DNA from: Hemiscyllium ocellatum | Taxonomy: Eukaryota | DNA: 64,000 nt | Direction: 5' to 3' | Assembly: GCF_020745735.1 (NCBI RefSeq) | Contig: NC_083436.1 | Location: 19,491,299 to 19,555,298, forward strand | Shown here: positions 11,901 through 26,900 of the stretch, piece after piece | Layout: every line of letters begins with the position of its first letter | How positions within the stretch are numbered: the stretch's first letter is position 1 | Notes under the pieces: generated by a model | Seen by the model: the letters and a program-made list of their open reading frames with translations, nothing else | Database searches by the model: none | Told to the model about the DNA's origin: nothing | Position numbers and translations under genes: made by a program

Positions 11901-14900
11901 TGGGGAACAAAGAAGCATATATCCACAATCAGTCTGATAACTGGGATCATGAGTTTTCAGATGCACTATTTCCATAATATCCCATTCCAAATTAGAAAGA
12001 GAACCACAATAACTTTTTTTCTCCAGGTATTTCATTTGTTTATTCACATGTAAGACAGAAATAAATACACTAGCTGACTTGCAACATTGCTAAGTAGGAA
12101 AGTATTTGTGGTGTGATCTTGTATCAATCCTCTGGTCCTTGTACTTAAAAATATCTTTGTGTATTATGCTATTCTTGGGTCTTTACAACCAGAGCCGGAA
12201 GGAATTTTAAGGTAAAGGAAATCAAAGATACTAGAAATCACAAAGAACCACAAATTGCTGGGATAACTCAGCATGTCGGGCAGCATTTGTGGAGAGATAG
12301 TAGAGCTAACATTTCAGAAGAAGGGTCCCTGGCCCTGAAATATTACGCTCTACGTTTTCTCCACAGATGAAACTGCTAGACCTGCTGAGTTATCTCGCAA
12401 TTTCTGATTTTGTTTGGAATTTAAAACTCACAGGAAGACACTTCGATACTTTTTGAGAAATGGATATTCAACTCAGAGGCAGATATGATTTGGAAATTGG
12501 GAGCATAACAGACAATGAAAGTCTTTTGAATTAAAAGCTAAATAATGTAATTGCTGAAAATATGAAACAAAATGACACTGAAAGCAACAACAAATCAGAT
12601 AGCATTAATTGAAAAAAAATGTCAGCTGACATTAAAGGTGTACACCCTTTCTTAGAACTGAAATGTATTAATGATGAGTTAAATAGGACCAAATCAATTG
12701 TCAGAGTGTAAAATATGGTGCAAGCAAACTTGTCTGGTGGAAAATCCAATAGGCTCAGCAGATAACTTAGTAAAAATATGGAAGTGAATTGTCTAAGCGA
12801 TATGAAATTTGATAAGTTAAGGAAATGAGACACACACATACAAAGACTTTTTATATCCCAAAATGATTTACAGCAATCACAATTGAAGTTTATTCACTGT
12901 TGTAACGTAGGAAATATGGCAGCTAATTTTATAAAACAGCTCCTACTAATTGTACTGAGGTAATGACATTTTTTAAATTGTTCTTTTACTTCTTAAAAAT
13001 ATTCTTATGACTTTGTAAGAGTACATTACATAATTCATCTTTGGATGTCGCATGAAATCTAATAATCAGCTTCTTTCAATACAATACATGAAAGATTTCC
13101 CTACACGTGTAAATATAACCTGTACTAAAAACTTGTATTTGCATTTTAATGTCAAACCATGCTTTGGTTATAGCGCAAGGTATTTTACAGTTTCTAGTCT
13201 CTTGGTCTAATATGGCAAGAGGGGTCTAAGAGTGTGGCCTTTTGTGCTTGAGCTTTTGCAGTGGTTACCATGGGTTTTAGTGTCTCTTGTCACAAGAAAT
13301 GGGGGATGCTGGTTGTAGATGGGCTGGCACCATGTTCAAACTGAAATCTGGTCAGCAACAAGTAGTTGATTGGTTTGTGGAGTTATGACCAATGCAGTCT
13401 GCCTGCCAATAACTGTGGTTAGATTCTGAAAGCTGAACAACATGTAGGTGTGAATGATATTGCCAGAAGATTTTGGACCTCTGGAAAGGGAGATAGTTTG
13501 TCTCTTTGAAGTAGTAAATACTTAAAGCCACCTATTGGTTTAGACAGAGACATTAATGTTTGTTAGCCACTTGCCAGTGCTGTCTCTGAGGAGCTGAAGA
13601 GAGCCAAGAGAAAACAGACTGAGAGACAGCAAAGGGTTCTGGCTAACAAAAGGACCATCTCTGTTAAACCCTGTGGACAAAAGCCATTGAATTATTTTTC
13701 AGTTTTTTTTCCTCCCTCCACCTGTGTGCATATGTAGGGGGAGTTTCATGAAGGGGTTAAAGTTTGAAGTGGTAGAATTATGTAGTAAAAATCACAACAC
13801 CAAGTTAAAGCCCAACAGGTTTATTTGGAAGCACTAGCTTTAATATTGCTGCTCCTTCATTAGGTGATTGTGGAGCACAAGACCATAAGACACAGAATTT
13901 ATAGCAAGAGATTACAGTATCATGCCACTGAAATGATATATTGAACAAACCGGATTGTTGTTAAGTCTTTCCTCTTTTTTTTTGAATGTTTTGGTTTATT
14001 AATATGTAAATTGCAGAACTCCTTCCAAGTCACCTTCTCGATAACATAAGGTTTTACAACAAAAGGTGACATCTCAGCTCAGTGCATTAAAGATGTGAGG
14101 TTAGAGTCTAGCTGTATTCCGGTCTTGAGTCAGACTGGTTCTATTTCCAAAGTGGAATTTACAAAGTATTACATGTATTGACTGCTTGCGGATTATGCAA
14201 TTTTTTGAGCAAAATAGAATGTATCTCCAGTACAAATTCACCTCATAGATTTGTATGTGTGTGCATGAGTGAGTGAGTGTGCACAAGCTTAGTGATGTGT
14301 GGGTGTGATGGCATATAAACCTGAGAGAGGGTGGGTGCTTGGATGTGAGTGTGGGGTGTGTGGTGTGTGTGTGTATATGTCAGAGAGGGTCTGCATGAGT
14401 ATGAGAGTATGTAAGAGAGTGTGTGTAGTGTAGTGTAGTGGGGTCACCCAATCAAATAGGAGTTCAGTGCACATTTCAAAGTTTAGTGGTAATTGTGTGG
14501 AAATGAGAAAAGAGAGTGGGAGTGGCGCACCCTGCTGGTTGTGTCATTGGGAATGGTATTTCATTTGGTGAAATTTTGTCAGTGATCCTCACTTGGAGAA
14601 TGTATTTAGTCTTTTATTCCTTTTTGTTTATGGAAAACAAAAGCTGGAAGTAGGACATTGTTCCTCTGACTATTTCTGCTGTGATGTTGTTATGTAATTA
14701 CAGGCTATTATATTATTTGACTGTGAAACCTGTCAACATTTGAAACTACTCCTGTTCACACCTGATGGTCACGTATGCACTTACTTGCAGCAGGGGTCTG
14801 TGAACAGGTGTAAGAACCTTAGCCAGCTTACCTTGACCCACTCTGGCGTAGGGCTTCTCTGTTAATTAGCATTGGGTGAGTTTAGCTAACTCAGCACTGG

Positions 14901-17900
14901 TGTGGTTTTGATGGGCTACAAAGCTTAGTGTTGTCATGTGCTCAGCTTCCCCTCCTAAAATATGATGGAAGGGGACATTTTGCAATTTGCAAAATACCAA
15001 GGGATAAATGTATAAAACCATTGGCAGCAGACTAACCTTGCTTCATTTTTGAAGTACTCTTTTACATTGGCAGGGATAAAAATCTGTGAATTTCTGCTTA
15101 TACTTCCCATCAAGGGTCAGTTTGTAAGAAGCTAAGGGCTCTTGTGGCACAGTGGTAGTTATTCTGCCTCTGGGCCAGAAGATCCGGGTTCAAGTCTCAC
15201 CTGTGCTGGAAATGTCTCAACATGTTCAAACAATAGGTTGATTAAAGATTCCTAAAATTCAAAGGTACAGTGTAATGCTTTCTTTGCTACATTAGCCTTG
15301 CATTCTGAACCCAAACATAAGGAATTGGTACACTGAACAAAGTACTGAGGTATTCATTGTGAAACTTCTCTTTTAGGGAGGAGGCAAGAAAATTCTTGGC
15401 GCTGAATGACAAGTTTCTCTACATTGTGTAGGTTTAATGGTCAGAACACAGAATTCCATGAATATTTTTGTGAAATTATGGAATAACTTACAAGTATGAG
15501 GATTGCCTTATTTCTAATCAGCTATAGTGCCCCGTGTAATGGATTTCAGGCTGTTCTTGTAGCCTCCACTTCTTTGTGTGGATATTATTTTGCCAAAGTG
15601 GCAGCACATCCTGCAACTACAAACACATTCCCAGCATACCTTTTGAAAGCTGGTCTGAGGACGAATTGTTAACGTGACCATAGAATGTTGTGAATGCTGA
15701 ACTTTGCACGACACTTGGGTTTGAAATGTCTGTTTAACTTAAAGCAAAACAAAGTTGTGAAGAGAGGACTGCTGAATGTCACCCAATTTCTACAAGATCT
15801 GAGATTGACATAGGGAGAAATTTGAGAGTAAACCCAGAGTTTTGAATGGCAGTTCTAGCACATTAGACAAGTGCTCATAAAACTGAATAAAAACTGTGTG
15901 GCTGTAGAGAAACCCAGAACTGCTTGAGTAAGCAGGATAATTTTGAAGGGTCCAGTTTCTGCTCAAAAGTAAGATTGTCAAAGGACTGTGGAAACTTTGA
16001 CCTGCCAATGATTGGTAGAGGTGAACCTTTTGCTGGAAAGCTGGAAGTGTCTTTGAGACTAATTTTAAATTTCTGTATAATTGTCAGAAGCATGGTATAG
16101 AGTGAATATTTCCTAAGTCTCAATTCAATTATCTTAGTGCAAAACTTAACTTTTCTTTGTTTGAAATCAGTTGTCTGTTAATTAGTGTTTGACCAATTTA
16201 TTGATTTTAGTCTTTACCTGTTTGTTCCAGTAAAAGTCCTGAAATGTGAAATTTTGCTGTTCAGCTATTACTGTTGGTTGTTTTATCAAAAAGGTTAATC
16301 GCTTATAGGTTTATATAGAGGTTGTGATGACTGGTCAAGAGTGTTCCTGGAATGAAAGTGAGAAGTAAATAATTCTGTAAATACTTTAAAGCTTTTTGCC
16401 TTCCTTCTGGCCCCAGTAATTGTGACATTCTGTGCTCGAATGCAAGTAGAGTACAAAAATCCACTGGGAAGTGCACATACTGTTTATTGGAAGAAGAAAT
16501 TAAATGATTTTAAGTGGCAAAGAAACAGAGTACTGCTAGAGGCCAGTGATGTGGTGTCTCATTTACTTGACCTTATTAACTTTACCAGCTACTGAGATAG
16601 GTCAGGGGCTAGAAATAGTTGCAAATTACCCTTCTGCCAATTGGAAAGTGTCTCTGTTTCCTTTCCCTGTGAAGGCCTAATCAAGGCAGCAGCCTCCATG
16701 GGATGAGCAGCATTTTGTTGCAACATGTTGTCCAGCTGCTTGGAGGAAAAGGTCAGTCAGTCAGTCTTGGTGGATCTCTGCCATCAATAAAGCTAGCACA
16801 AAATCAAACTGGAGCTGTGCATTCATTAATGTTGAATGTTTATCTTTTGAGGTGGTGCTGGTAAAATCCCCACATTTAATATTTAGGTGGGGAGAAAATT
16901 GCATTACTGCTGGTTTTGCAGATAAGTCATTACCACATATTCCATGTTCATTGAACAATCTTGCCTTTGATATTATAACTTCACTGAAAATTAAGTGGTA
17001 AGAGAGAATTTGAAGTTAGAAAAACACTTTTTATTTCAAAATGAAATTTATTGCACCAGTCATTCCCTTGGATTGGAGATCAGATCCATTCTGCAACTTA
17101 GACTGATACAGCTACTTCATTAGGATTAAACTGTTTCACTTCCTGTTGATGAATCATTATTTTTGTTTGTATGTTTACCTGCCCACTAATTAACTGAGTT
17201 CCTGTTTAATTGGACATAATCTAGTTTTGCTTTCAAAAAAAAAGTTGTATACACAAACAGAAGTCCAACCAGTGCAGTACATCGTTTGATCGTTTTGAAA
17301 TGTGAAAATCTCCCAACAAAATTACTCATAACCTGAATAAATATTTGATGGGAATCTTTCAATTTTGCTTGTAGGCAAAACCAACTAAGTGACTTCGGGG
17401 GGGTAAAATGTGTAACATCATGTATCCATTTTTATTATTTAGCACTCTGGAAGGGAACTGCATTGACGATGCTTTACAAGGACAAGCTGTGTACACCTAT
17501 GAGGATGGCAGTACCCTCCATGGTACCTACATTGATGGAGAACTGAATGGCATAGCTGAGGAATATGATTCAGAGGGACAGTTGACCTTCAGGGGTCAAT
17601 ACAGGGATAATGTTCGATGGGGTGTTTGCTGGATGTACTTTGCGGTAAGCTTCAGTTAACTGGAGAAAGGCTCTGAAAATCGTGGTTAACTTGCACACTA
17701 AGGATCTTTTTCTATCCCAGCCTCTGGAAAATTATCTGATCTCGGCAAGGTCAGCTGTTTGGTGCTTTAATTGGGCTCAGTACACCTATTTAATTTCCTG
17801 AATATAACATCCACTTGTACTTCCATGAATAAAATGTTAACTTTATTTTATTGCCCTATACAACGTGCACCCAAACTTTTGTAAAGCTATGGTCAAAGTG

Positions 17901-20900
17901 ACCCTTTAATGACCAAGATAATGAGCAAACCCAATCAAGGATGAGCATTGAACACGTTTGCATTGATAAGACAATTTTAAAAACAAGAAACCAAAAAAAA
18001 AAATTCTTGGCAGAATATACTGTGTTGAAATGATAATTCAGCTATATCTAGACTAGAAAGAAACGTATTAAAGTATATTTTCTGCTCACTACTATCAAAT
18101 AGAGTAATCAGGCAAAATAAATTATATTGAATTGAAGTATGGCTATGTAAATTTAAAGCCAGTACCTGGAGGGCCTGTTTCCATCTTTTTGTTTAATGGT
18201 GGGCTCTCACATTTATGGATTGTTTGAAAATCGCACGTGACACTACTTCATGTGCAATTCTTCATAAACAGAGGTTTTCACCCTCTGACTCACTTGCGGT
18301 TGCAGGACAATCCCTTGCGGCTGCGAGCGGTGAGCCAGTGATGTTTGTGAAGCAAAGAATCTGGCTGGAGTGCAACTTTTTCTCTTCCACAAACTGTTCA
18401 TCAATGGGACAGTTTTTTGGTACTCTTGTTTGCCATTCAGTTCAGCTTGCACATGGGCTGACCAGGGGCTTCTGTGGGTATCATTATAATTCATGGAGGC
18501 GCTTTGTGTGCTTGCATAATTTTTAGCTGCCATCCAAGTCTTTCAAAAGCTGTGGACAAAACCATTGGCCCTTATCTAACATCACCCCTGCAACACATTC
18601 CCAACACCACCTCTTCCTCCCACCACCATGGCCCACAAAATGGGGTTGAATCAATCTTCAGGCATTAAACTGGAGTCACGGTGGGGGGAATGAAGTTTAC
18701 AAAGTTTCATGAGTTTATACCCTGGCTGCAAAACCACCTATTTTGTTACCATGTGTATTATTCACTCTAGCTTCAAGACTAATTTTAGGTGTCCATCATA
18801 TTCAGAAAGGTATGGTAGGCTCTGGGGGGAGAAACTTTATTTGGGCATTGCCCCAACTTTGTGATTCAGAGGCTCATGTGCAGCCAGTTGAACCACAGCT
18901 GACACATGGTGAAGATGGAGAAAGCTGGCAAAACAAAGGTTAGGTTTATTATATAAGAAGTTACCTTGTATTTGAGTTTTCATTGCCACAATCAAAGTGT
19001 GTGGTGCTTACTACTGTGTTCAGAAATTGCCTCAGAACAACTTCTATTTTGTTGCTGTAACTGTTACAGCATTGCAGAAACCCCATTTTTGTAGGGATAT
19101 GGTCCTTGTCTCTTTGGTGACAAAGTGAGAGCAGGTCTGAGAAAAATCTCTGCCTATATTTCCAGGACTTTTGAACGAAAATGCAAGATGTGAACATTGT
19201 GTGAAATGAACAAAGTGACGTATTATCTTTATTTGACAGGATGGAGGCTGCCTTGTAGGAGAGGTGAATGAAGATGGGGAAATGACTGGTGATAAAATAG
19301 CTTATGTATATCCTGAGGGAAAAATAGCCTTGCTTGGGAAATTTGTTGATGGGGAACTTATTGAAGGACATCTGGCAACTCTGAAGTGTGTATCCGAGGG
19401 GAAACCCCAGTTTGAGCTGGTACCAGATGGTAAGAAATCATGATTTTATCATTACACTGTTTCATCTCATAATGCACACCTTCGTTTTCAATCACCTTCT
19501 TATATTTTTAGAAAATTCTGAATGTTTTGCTCAGGTTAAAATGGTGGATAGTGATCAAGCCAACAAGTGTCATATTCTAAACTTAGAAGTATTTGAAAAT
19601 TTTGAATGTGAAGTATGTTAAGGTGTAAGTAGTATTTAATTCCCTGGATGGCACCTATGGAGAGAAACGGAGTTAACATATCCAATTGACTTTTCACTAG
19701 AATCTTTCAACCAGTGGCATTAACTCTGTTTCCGTCTCCATAGAGACGCCCTGAGCTGCACTGTATATCCAGGACTTTTTGATTTAATTTCAGATTTTTT
19801 GCATCTGCAGTATTTTACATGTTTTTTTTATTGTAGTAACGCTGCGGTGTGGAGCAGTCTGAAAAGCATCCCTCTACCCTATACCTGTAACCCTGCATTG
19901 CCTATGGCTAATCCACTGAACCTGCATATTCCTGGACAACACGGAGCAAGTTTTAGCATGACCAATCCACCTAACCTGCACATCTTTGGACAGTGGGTGG
20001 AAACCCACGCAGACATGGGGAGTATGTACAAATTCCACACAGTCACCTAAGGGTGGAATCAAATCCCTGGCACTGTGAAGCAGCAGTGCTAACCACTGAA
20101 CCACCATGCTGTGTATGGAGCCGGAAAATCAATGTTTCATCTTCCTGATGAAGGGCTTTTGCCCGAAGTGTCGATTTTCCTGCTCCTCGGATGCTGCTTG
20201 ATCTGCTGTGCTTGTCTGGCACCACACTCTTGTCAATTCTTATTGCTTTCCAATCTCTGCAGTATTTTTATTATAAGTGCTTTATGTAGGGTGTTAAGAA
20301 TGTATGGAAGAGAGAGGAATAAATCAGTCTATGTCTCTTCTGCTGGTAACCAAATGGGTCTAGTAGAGAGTTGTGCAATGAAATGGAGTGAGTGGATTTG
20401 AGTTTAGGATTTGGTAGGAAGGGTGTTGATGATTTCTCCTCTGTTGAGAATGATCATAGCCTATGGTTTTCTCATCTCCATTTAATACAAGGGAATTAGG
20501 AAGGCAAAGATGAACTACAAAATTGAACAAATATAAGTAATAACTAAGTAATTTACAAATGCCTAAATAACAAAAGAAAGATTTAGGGTAGTGACTGGGC
20601 CACTAACAGATGCACCTAATCAATTCATAGGTGATGACATAGAAATTCAGTTAGTTCCTGTAATTCAGTATTTACTAATGGACATGACATTGCATATCTT
20701 AGTGATAATGTTATGGTAATTAGTTCATACTTTCCTGGACATGCTGTATACAGAAAATACTTAAAATAATTGAGGCATTCCTGTGGGACTACGGTAAAAA
20801 CTGAGATGAGGACAAACTTCACATAAACTGTTGATAATCCATGCATTGTGTTTCCTGGGTTGGTGTCTGTGAGAAGACCAGTTAGATTGGTTACTTACCC

Positions 20901-23900
20901 TGCATGATAACATGATGTGCAGGACTCTCTGGAGATTCCTTGACTTGCTGTCCATTTGAAATAACAGTAGCCAAAGGGAAATCCGGAGATTGCTAAATCT
21001 TTGGTAACTATCTTCAAGGCCAATGGTGAGTACCATCATTTCACCAGCATCTACAAAAACAAGACCTTTGTGTTGGTGTACAAAGTTTTATAGACCAGAC
21101 CCCCCTCAAAATACTTTTAAGAAGATAACCAAACCCTAACTTTTTCTTAATTTAAAGGCAAATATAAGTGCTGTGTTCCAGATGCAATTCGATAGGTCAA
21201 ACTAGTCAACATTAAGCAAATGTAATTTATTCAAACACTATAGTGTTAAAATACAACAGAAGAAGGAAGTTTTCCAATAGATACAGTAACTATTATTAAC
21301 TAAAGTGTCATCCCATAAACACACCCTGGGCAAAAAAGACAAATTCAGAAACAGATTCTCTCTGCTCTATTCCATGTATCTCCCAGAGAAAAGAGATCAA
21401 GCAAAAACTCAAGAGTAGCAGCCAGGTGACACCTACTGCAGTTTCTAACCCTTTTGAGACTCCAACATCAGGTGCTGAATCTTAAAAAGTAAAGAACTAA
21501 AAACTAGATAATCTGGTCAGAGAGAGTTGACCACACCTTTCCTGGCTGTTTCTAGTGTTCCAACTTTTTAAGAACCAACCCAAGGCCTCACAAGCGGTTT
21601 GTTACCGTAAGGACAAAATATACTTCTTAAAGCTGCAGCACTGTCACACAATGTTTTAAAGGTGTCAGGAGAAACTGAGAATTCTATTTTTAAAACAGCA
21701 TATGAGAGCCAGCCTTTAGAATTACAGGCATAGAGTACAGTGCAAATAAATCATGCTGAACATTTATAGGATAATGGTTAGGCCTCAGTTTGACTTATTA
21801 TTATATTTTGATTCTGGCCACCTCATTTTAATAGTATTTAAGAAGCCTTGGAAGGGATGCAGATGAGATTTAGTTAAATATGCCAGAGACACAGTATTTC
21901 ATTTGTCGTGAGACTAGAGAAATTGGGTTGTTTCAAGAGACTTCAAAATCATGCAACATTTTTGATAGACTGCATACAGAGAAACCATTCCCAGTGACAG
22001 AAAGCTTGGAGGATTTAGATTTAAGGCGATTTGCAAAAGAACCAGAGGTGACATGAGGAATTTCTTTTCTTAATGTGCAGTGATTTGTTACGATCTGGAA
22101 TGCATTGACAGAAAGAGTGGTGAAACCAGATTCAGTGTCTTTTTTATTTAAAAAGAGAAAAAAGACTTGAAAGGAAAATAATTTTCAGAGCAGCAGAAAA
22201 GGAAGGAACTCATTTATAACTCTAAGTGTCAGTACAGTGGTCTCCTTTGTATCATTCCATTTTGCTGTAAATTTTCTGTCCTATGATCCTGCTCCACTAG
22301 CTAGCTGACGAAAGAGCAGCGCTGTGAAAGCATGTATTCCAAATAAACCTGTTGGACTATAACCTGGCGTTGTGATTTTTAACTTTGCCCACCCCAACTC
22401 CACATTATGACGCAGAAGACCAAGAATCCTAGCCATTCTGACTCTCCTTTTTTAATCTTGATAATTTGTACAATAGGATTGTGGGGAGATTTCTGTTTGT
22501 ACAAGCTGCAGGGAATCATTTCAATCTATATAATTCCTGTTTGGATCATTTTTAAATCTTTTGATATTTTACTCGTAGAGTTTATCTCACATGAAAGATT
22601 GAACAAAATTATTTTAAGTATAATCCTCCTTCAGTTAAATTTTGGATTAAATCAATTCAAGTTGTTAGTGGCACAGAGGTATGTTACATCGTATTCAAAG
22701 TAAAATGGCAAGCTCTGAACATACTACTGCCCAGTATGAAAGATTGTGAACAATTACCTTACCTTAAATGCAAGTAGGTATCCCTCACTTGGATTTATTT
22801 TCATTTCCCATTTAGAGTTTACTACATATTTGCTGCATTGGTGTAGGAAGCAGTGTATAAACTCTCCTGAATTGAAAAGCTGTAACTTTAATAAGAACAA
22901 AATGTAACTGTAGAGCATCTTTAACTTGTAAAGCACAAGGGATATTTAACCAAGAATATCCTCAAACAATATGTAACACAGGATTGGTGACCAAAAACTT
23001 AAAGAACAGGTTGTAAGAAGTGTCTTTAAAGGAAAGTAGGTAGGATTAAAGAAATAGTACAAAGTATGGGATTACACCGCTAAACGGTCAATGGAAAATA
23101 GTAGAGCAGCTAGTAGTAGTGGCATACTGATACCTGAAGATAACCTGCCGGAGGAGGTTATAGTTTGGCAAGGTGAGACCATAAACAGTTTGCAAATCAA
23201 GGTATTGTTGAACCAGGAGCTGACGTGGGTCTGCAGGTAAAGGGTGAAATGAACAACTGTGTAATAGGATATGGACATCCGAGTTTTGAATGAGATTTAG
23301 CCAGAGTGTGATTGTTGACGACCTTTCTTACTGAGTACTTTATATATTCATAGTTTGCCATGTTACTCTGAATATAGTGGAATATACTTCTGCTCCATTA
23401 ACAACTTCAGTTGATTTTATTCAAAATTAAATGCTGAAGAATGATTATGCTCAAAATAATTCTGTTCATCTTTCAACAATAAGGAGACAACTGGTTTTGT
23501 TGATTCTGAGGATGGGTATTGTTCTGTTTAAGATGTATATTTAAAGCTAATAATTATTTTTAAAAGATTCCTATGGAAAATTCAAGAAATATTGCCTGAA
23601 AGTCTGAAACTGTTAAACCTAATATCCTCCTTTCTTCACAACAGGTCCACTTTACACTTTCGACAAGTCCAGCTCATTTTGCATTTCTACAAATTGCCTC
23701 CTGCCTGATCCTTATGAAAATGAAAGGTTGTTTAAATTTATTCCCTCCATAAGCTGGCTTTTTCATTTTTAAATATTGAAATTACTGATTGTTGAAGAAA
23801 ACAAAATTATCTATCTTGTCAGTGACTGTTGTCAATATGAAATAACTGTTCTGGTTGTGAAAAAGGAAATATAATGTATTCAAAGATTAAAGAACAGCAA

Positions 23901-26900
23901 AGGAAGTACTGTAGATTCATTTTTGATCTTGAACTAGAACGTGCATACCAACCAGGAGGTGGGGGTTGCAAGACGAGCTTGAAATTGAGTCTCATTAACT
24001 TTGAGTGAGTCACTCTTGACCATAGTATCAGCACTTGCAGTTCAGTCATTTTATAAAGATCAGTGCCTATCTAGCTGTGGTTCAAACTCAGCCATAAAAG
24101 AGCAAAATGGACAATAGACTGATACCAGACCAGCGTTTCTTGCAAATACTTGGAAATGTGTGTGGTTTTCCTGGCTCTGCAAGCTTAAAATGAAACTTGT
24201 CTTTTAATCATTGGCCACTTGCTAGAATGTGTCCATGCCTGGAAAACCTGAACGGACCAGGTCTGATATTTCCCTTGCTGAGAGCAGGCCGGGTTTCTTA
24301 AGATACCCTATCTAGGCATTTATCCCTTCCTTAGCACATGGAGTAGTACAATGAAGTCTATTACCTGTTGTAAACAGCCACCCCAAATGTCTGAACAAAA
24401 AGCCAACCTTAATATTGGGACTGATGCCTCTTAAGGTGTCCCTGAAGGTCAGGATGTCAGTATCTGAAATTGCCCATCGTCGTCTAATTCTAGACGATGA
24501 GCACAACAAGATACAGATATACTATACAGTATTTCCAAACATTGGAAATGCACATTAGCATCTGTAAAGGGAGAGCCAGATCTTCACCCAAGATTAACTA
24601 GTATTTTTCTTTTCAGATGTAATAGACACTCCGGTACATTTTCAGCACTTTTTGTTTTTATTTCAGAATTAGATTTTCTCAGACTGTTGTATAAGTTTTC
24701 TATCATAGTTCAGTTTTTGTTCAAATTTCTTTTTTTGATCATCTTTGAGTTGTAAGTTTTAAAAATGACTATTCCTATACTGCAAGTAATGGGTTAGCTT
24801 CACTCCAGTTCAATTTTACATTGTGCTTAATGTGAAACTCGATCAGTTTCTTCCTAAATATGTTCAAATTCTTGGCTGAAGTTTAGTGATAAATCAGTTT
24901 TACTCCAACGTTTTGATCAATGATCTGGAATAACAACCACTTTCTTGTTGGATGGTTAATTATGGTTTAAATTTTAATAAGTACTTAATACTTTAATATA
25001 TTTACAAATTGTAACAATTGGTTTAAAAAAGTTTTTCAAAACTGTCTTGCATGAAGCAGGAATAATTGTTAAATGTGATGTAAATTTATGAATTTGAGTG
25101 CATTCTGCAAAGAAAATTTCTTCAATCTCTCTTTTGATCTGTCACCATGAGCTGATCTTTATTTTGTGAAGTGATTGAGGTAGATCTTTGTCTTTGCCAG
25201 GACATTTAGCATTTCCTGGGCAGAACGCAAAAAGCAATATCAGGCAGGGAGGATTGCACACCTCTTTTGGTACTTGTCGAACTTTCCTTCATTTCAGTGG
25301 ATGGAAAATTGGACAGATCATTTACTGATCAGAAATGATCCCTGACCGATTTTTCTGTCTTCACTCAAGTGATGCTTAAAGGCCAGGTAATGTTTTTAAA
25401 AACAAAAAAAGCCCAACCTGAAACCGTACTGAACCCATATGAAGAAGAATTGGAAATTGCTGGAAAAGCTCAGCAGATCTAGCAGCGTCTGTGAAGAGAA
25501 ATCAGAGTTAACATTTCAGGTCCAGTGAGAAGGGTCCATGACACACTGCCACTTTCAGTAACATTTCATGGTTCAGAAATAATGGATTAATTTGTTAATT
25601 ATTATTCCATAACTTCAGGACTTTCAACTATTAAGGTAGTTGGGAGAAGAATATCACATTCCCATTATTTTGGCAAAGATACAAGTTATGGAATGTCGAC
25701 TGTGTTCTGAATTGAAAGAATAAGCAAAGTTGAGGTAAAATGAGAAATGATCAGTTGATGTTGAATTATTGTGGTCACAATCGTGGTGACTCACTTTCTG
25801 TGATCGTGTTGAAGGGGTGATTGTCTGTTATGACACCATAACTGCACTCATGAGCAGCGAAACAAATGCAGCACCTAACATCATTGTTGACCTGATGTAT
25901 TATGACACCAATCTATAAAATCCTCAATAAAAGCCAAAAGAAAAGTGGATGCTGTAAATCAGACAAAAATAGAAAGTGGATATCATGAACTGGGGAGAAA
26001 GTGTTATTTTCATCAAATCCGTTGGTAAACATAACTTTGGGCGACTGAAGTCAGGGGAAGTGGATGTTCTGTACATCTTGCTGAACAGTATTTTGTCAAA
26101 GGAAGAGGTCCTAATAGTGCAGTTTTAAGATGAGATAGTGTGGCTGTACTTTTGTCAGAATTCTCCCTTTTCTACGACCGTTCGAGATATTGTTGGTTGC
26201 AAAGGCAGGGACTCCAGCAAAGTTAGTTATATTTCCTATATTTTTGTAAAAATAAGCTGGTCAAGATCAACAAGCTCATTATTTTTCATTGGAAAAAGCA
26301 AATGCTTAGTTCTACTTTTAAGTATATTGCAGTGATTGCATATTTGATCTAAGGACATGCATAAATGTTGTTTTGTTATTTCTCCTGAATTAGGGTGTAT
26401 GTTACTGAATCTCTTATTCCACATGCTGGGGAAGGTTTGTTTGCAAAAGTAGCAGCCGGACCTGACACCGTCATGGCTTTCTACAATGGAATACGATTAA
26501 CGCATGAAGAGGTGAGCATCACAATTCCAGAGTTTCTAATCAAAGTAAAATTTATTGGTCAGAAAGACTGCAGATAAGTCAGTTTGTTTGTAAGAAAATC
26601 TTATATTTTCTTTCCAGGTAGATGCTAGAGATTGGTCGCTCAATGGGAGCACTATATCCTTGGACGGCGATACTGTGCTAGATGTTCCTGAGCCTTACAA
26701 CAGTACAGAACATTATTGTGCCTCCCTGGGGCACAAAGCAAATCACTCCTTTACTCCCAATTGCAGTTATGTTACGTAAGTGTTTTTTCTTTGTTATGGT
26801 TGGTACTTTTGAATGTCGTAATCAGAGTCCTAGAGATGTACAGCATGGAAACAGACCCTTTGGTCCAACCATCCATGCTGAGGAAGTTGATTGTATTTTT

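Noticed and set aside
18215-18668. Overlapping ORFs and a CACGTG/CpG patch in SETD7 intron 3
   Set aside because: No protein similarity recognised; a single E-box is insufficient to call an enhancer without conservation data
25847-25866. Hammerhead-like CTCATGAGCAGCGAAAC
   Set aside because: Core mismatch, no viable stem II and no cleavage triplet or stem I
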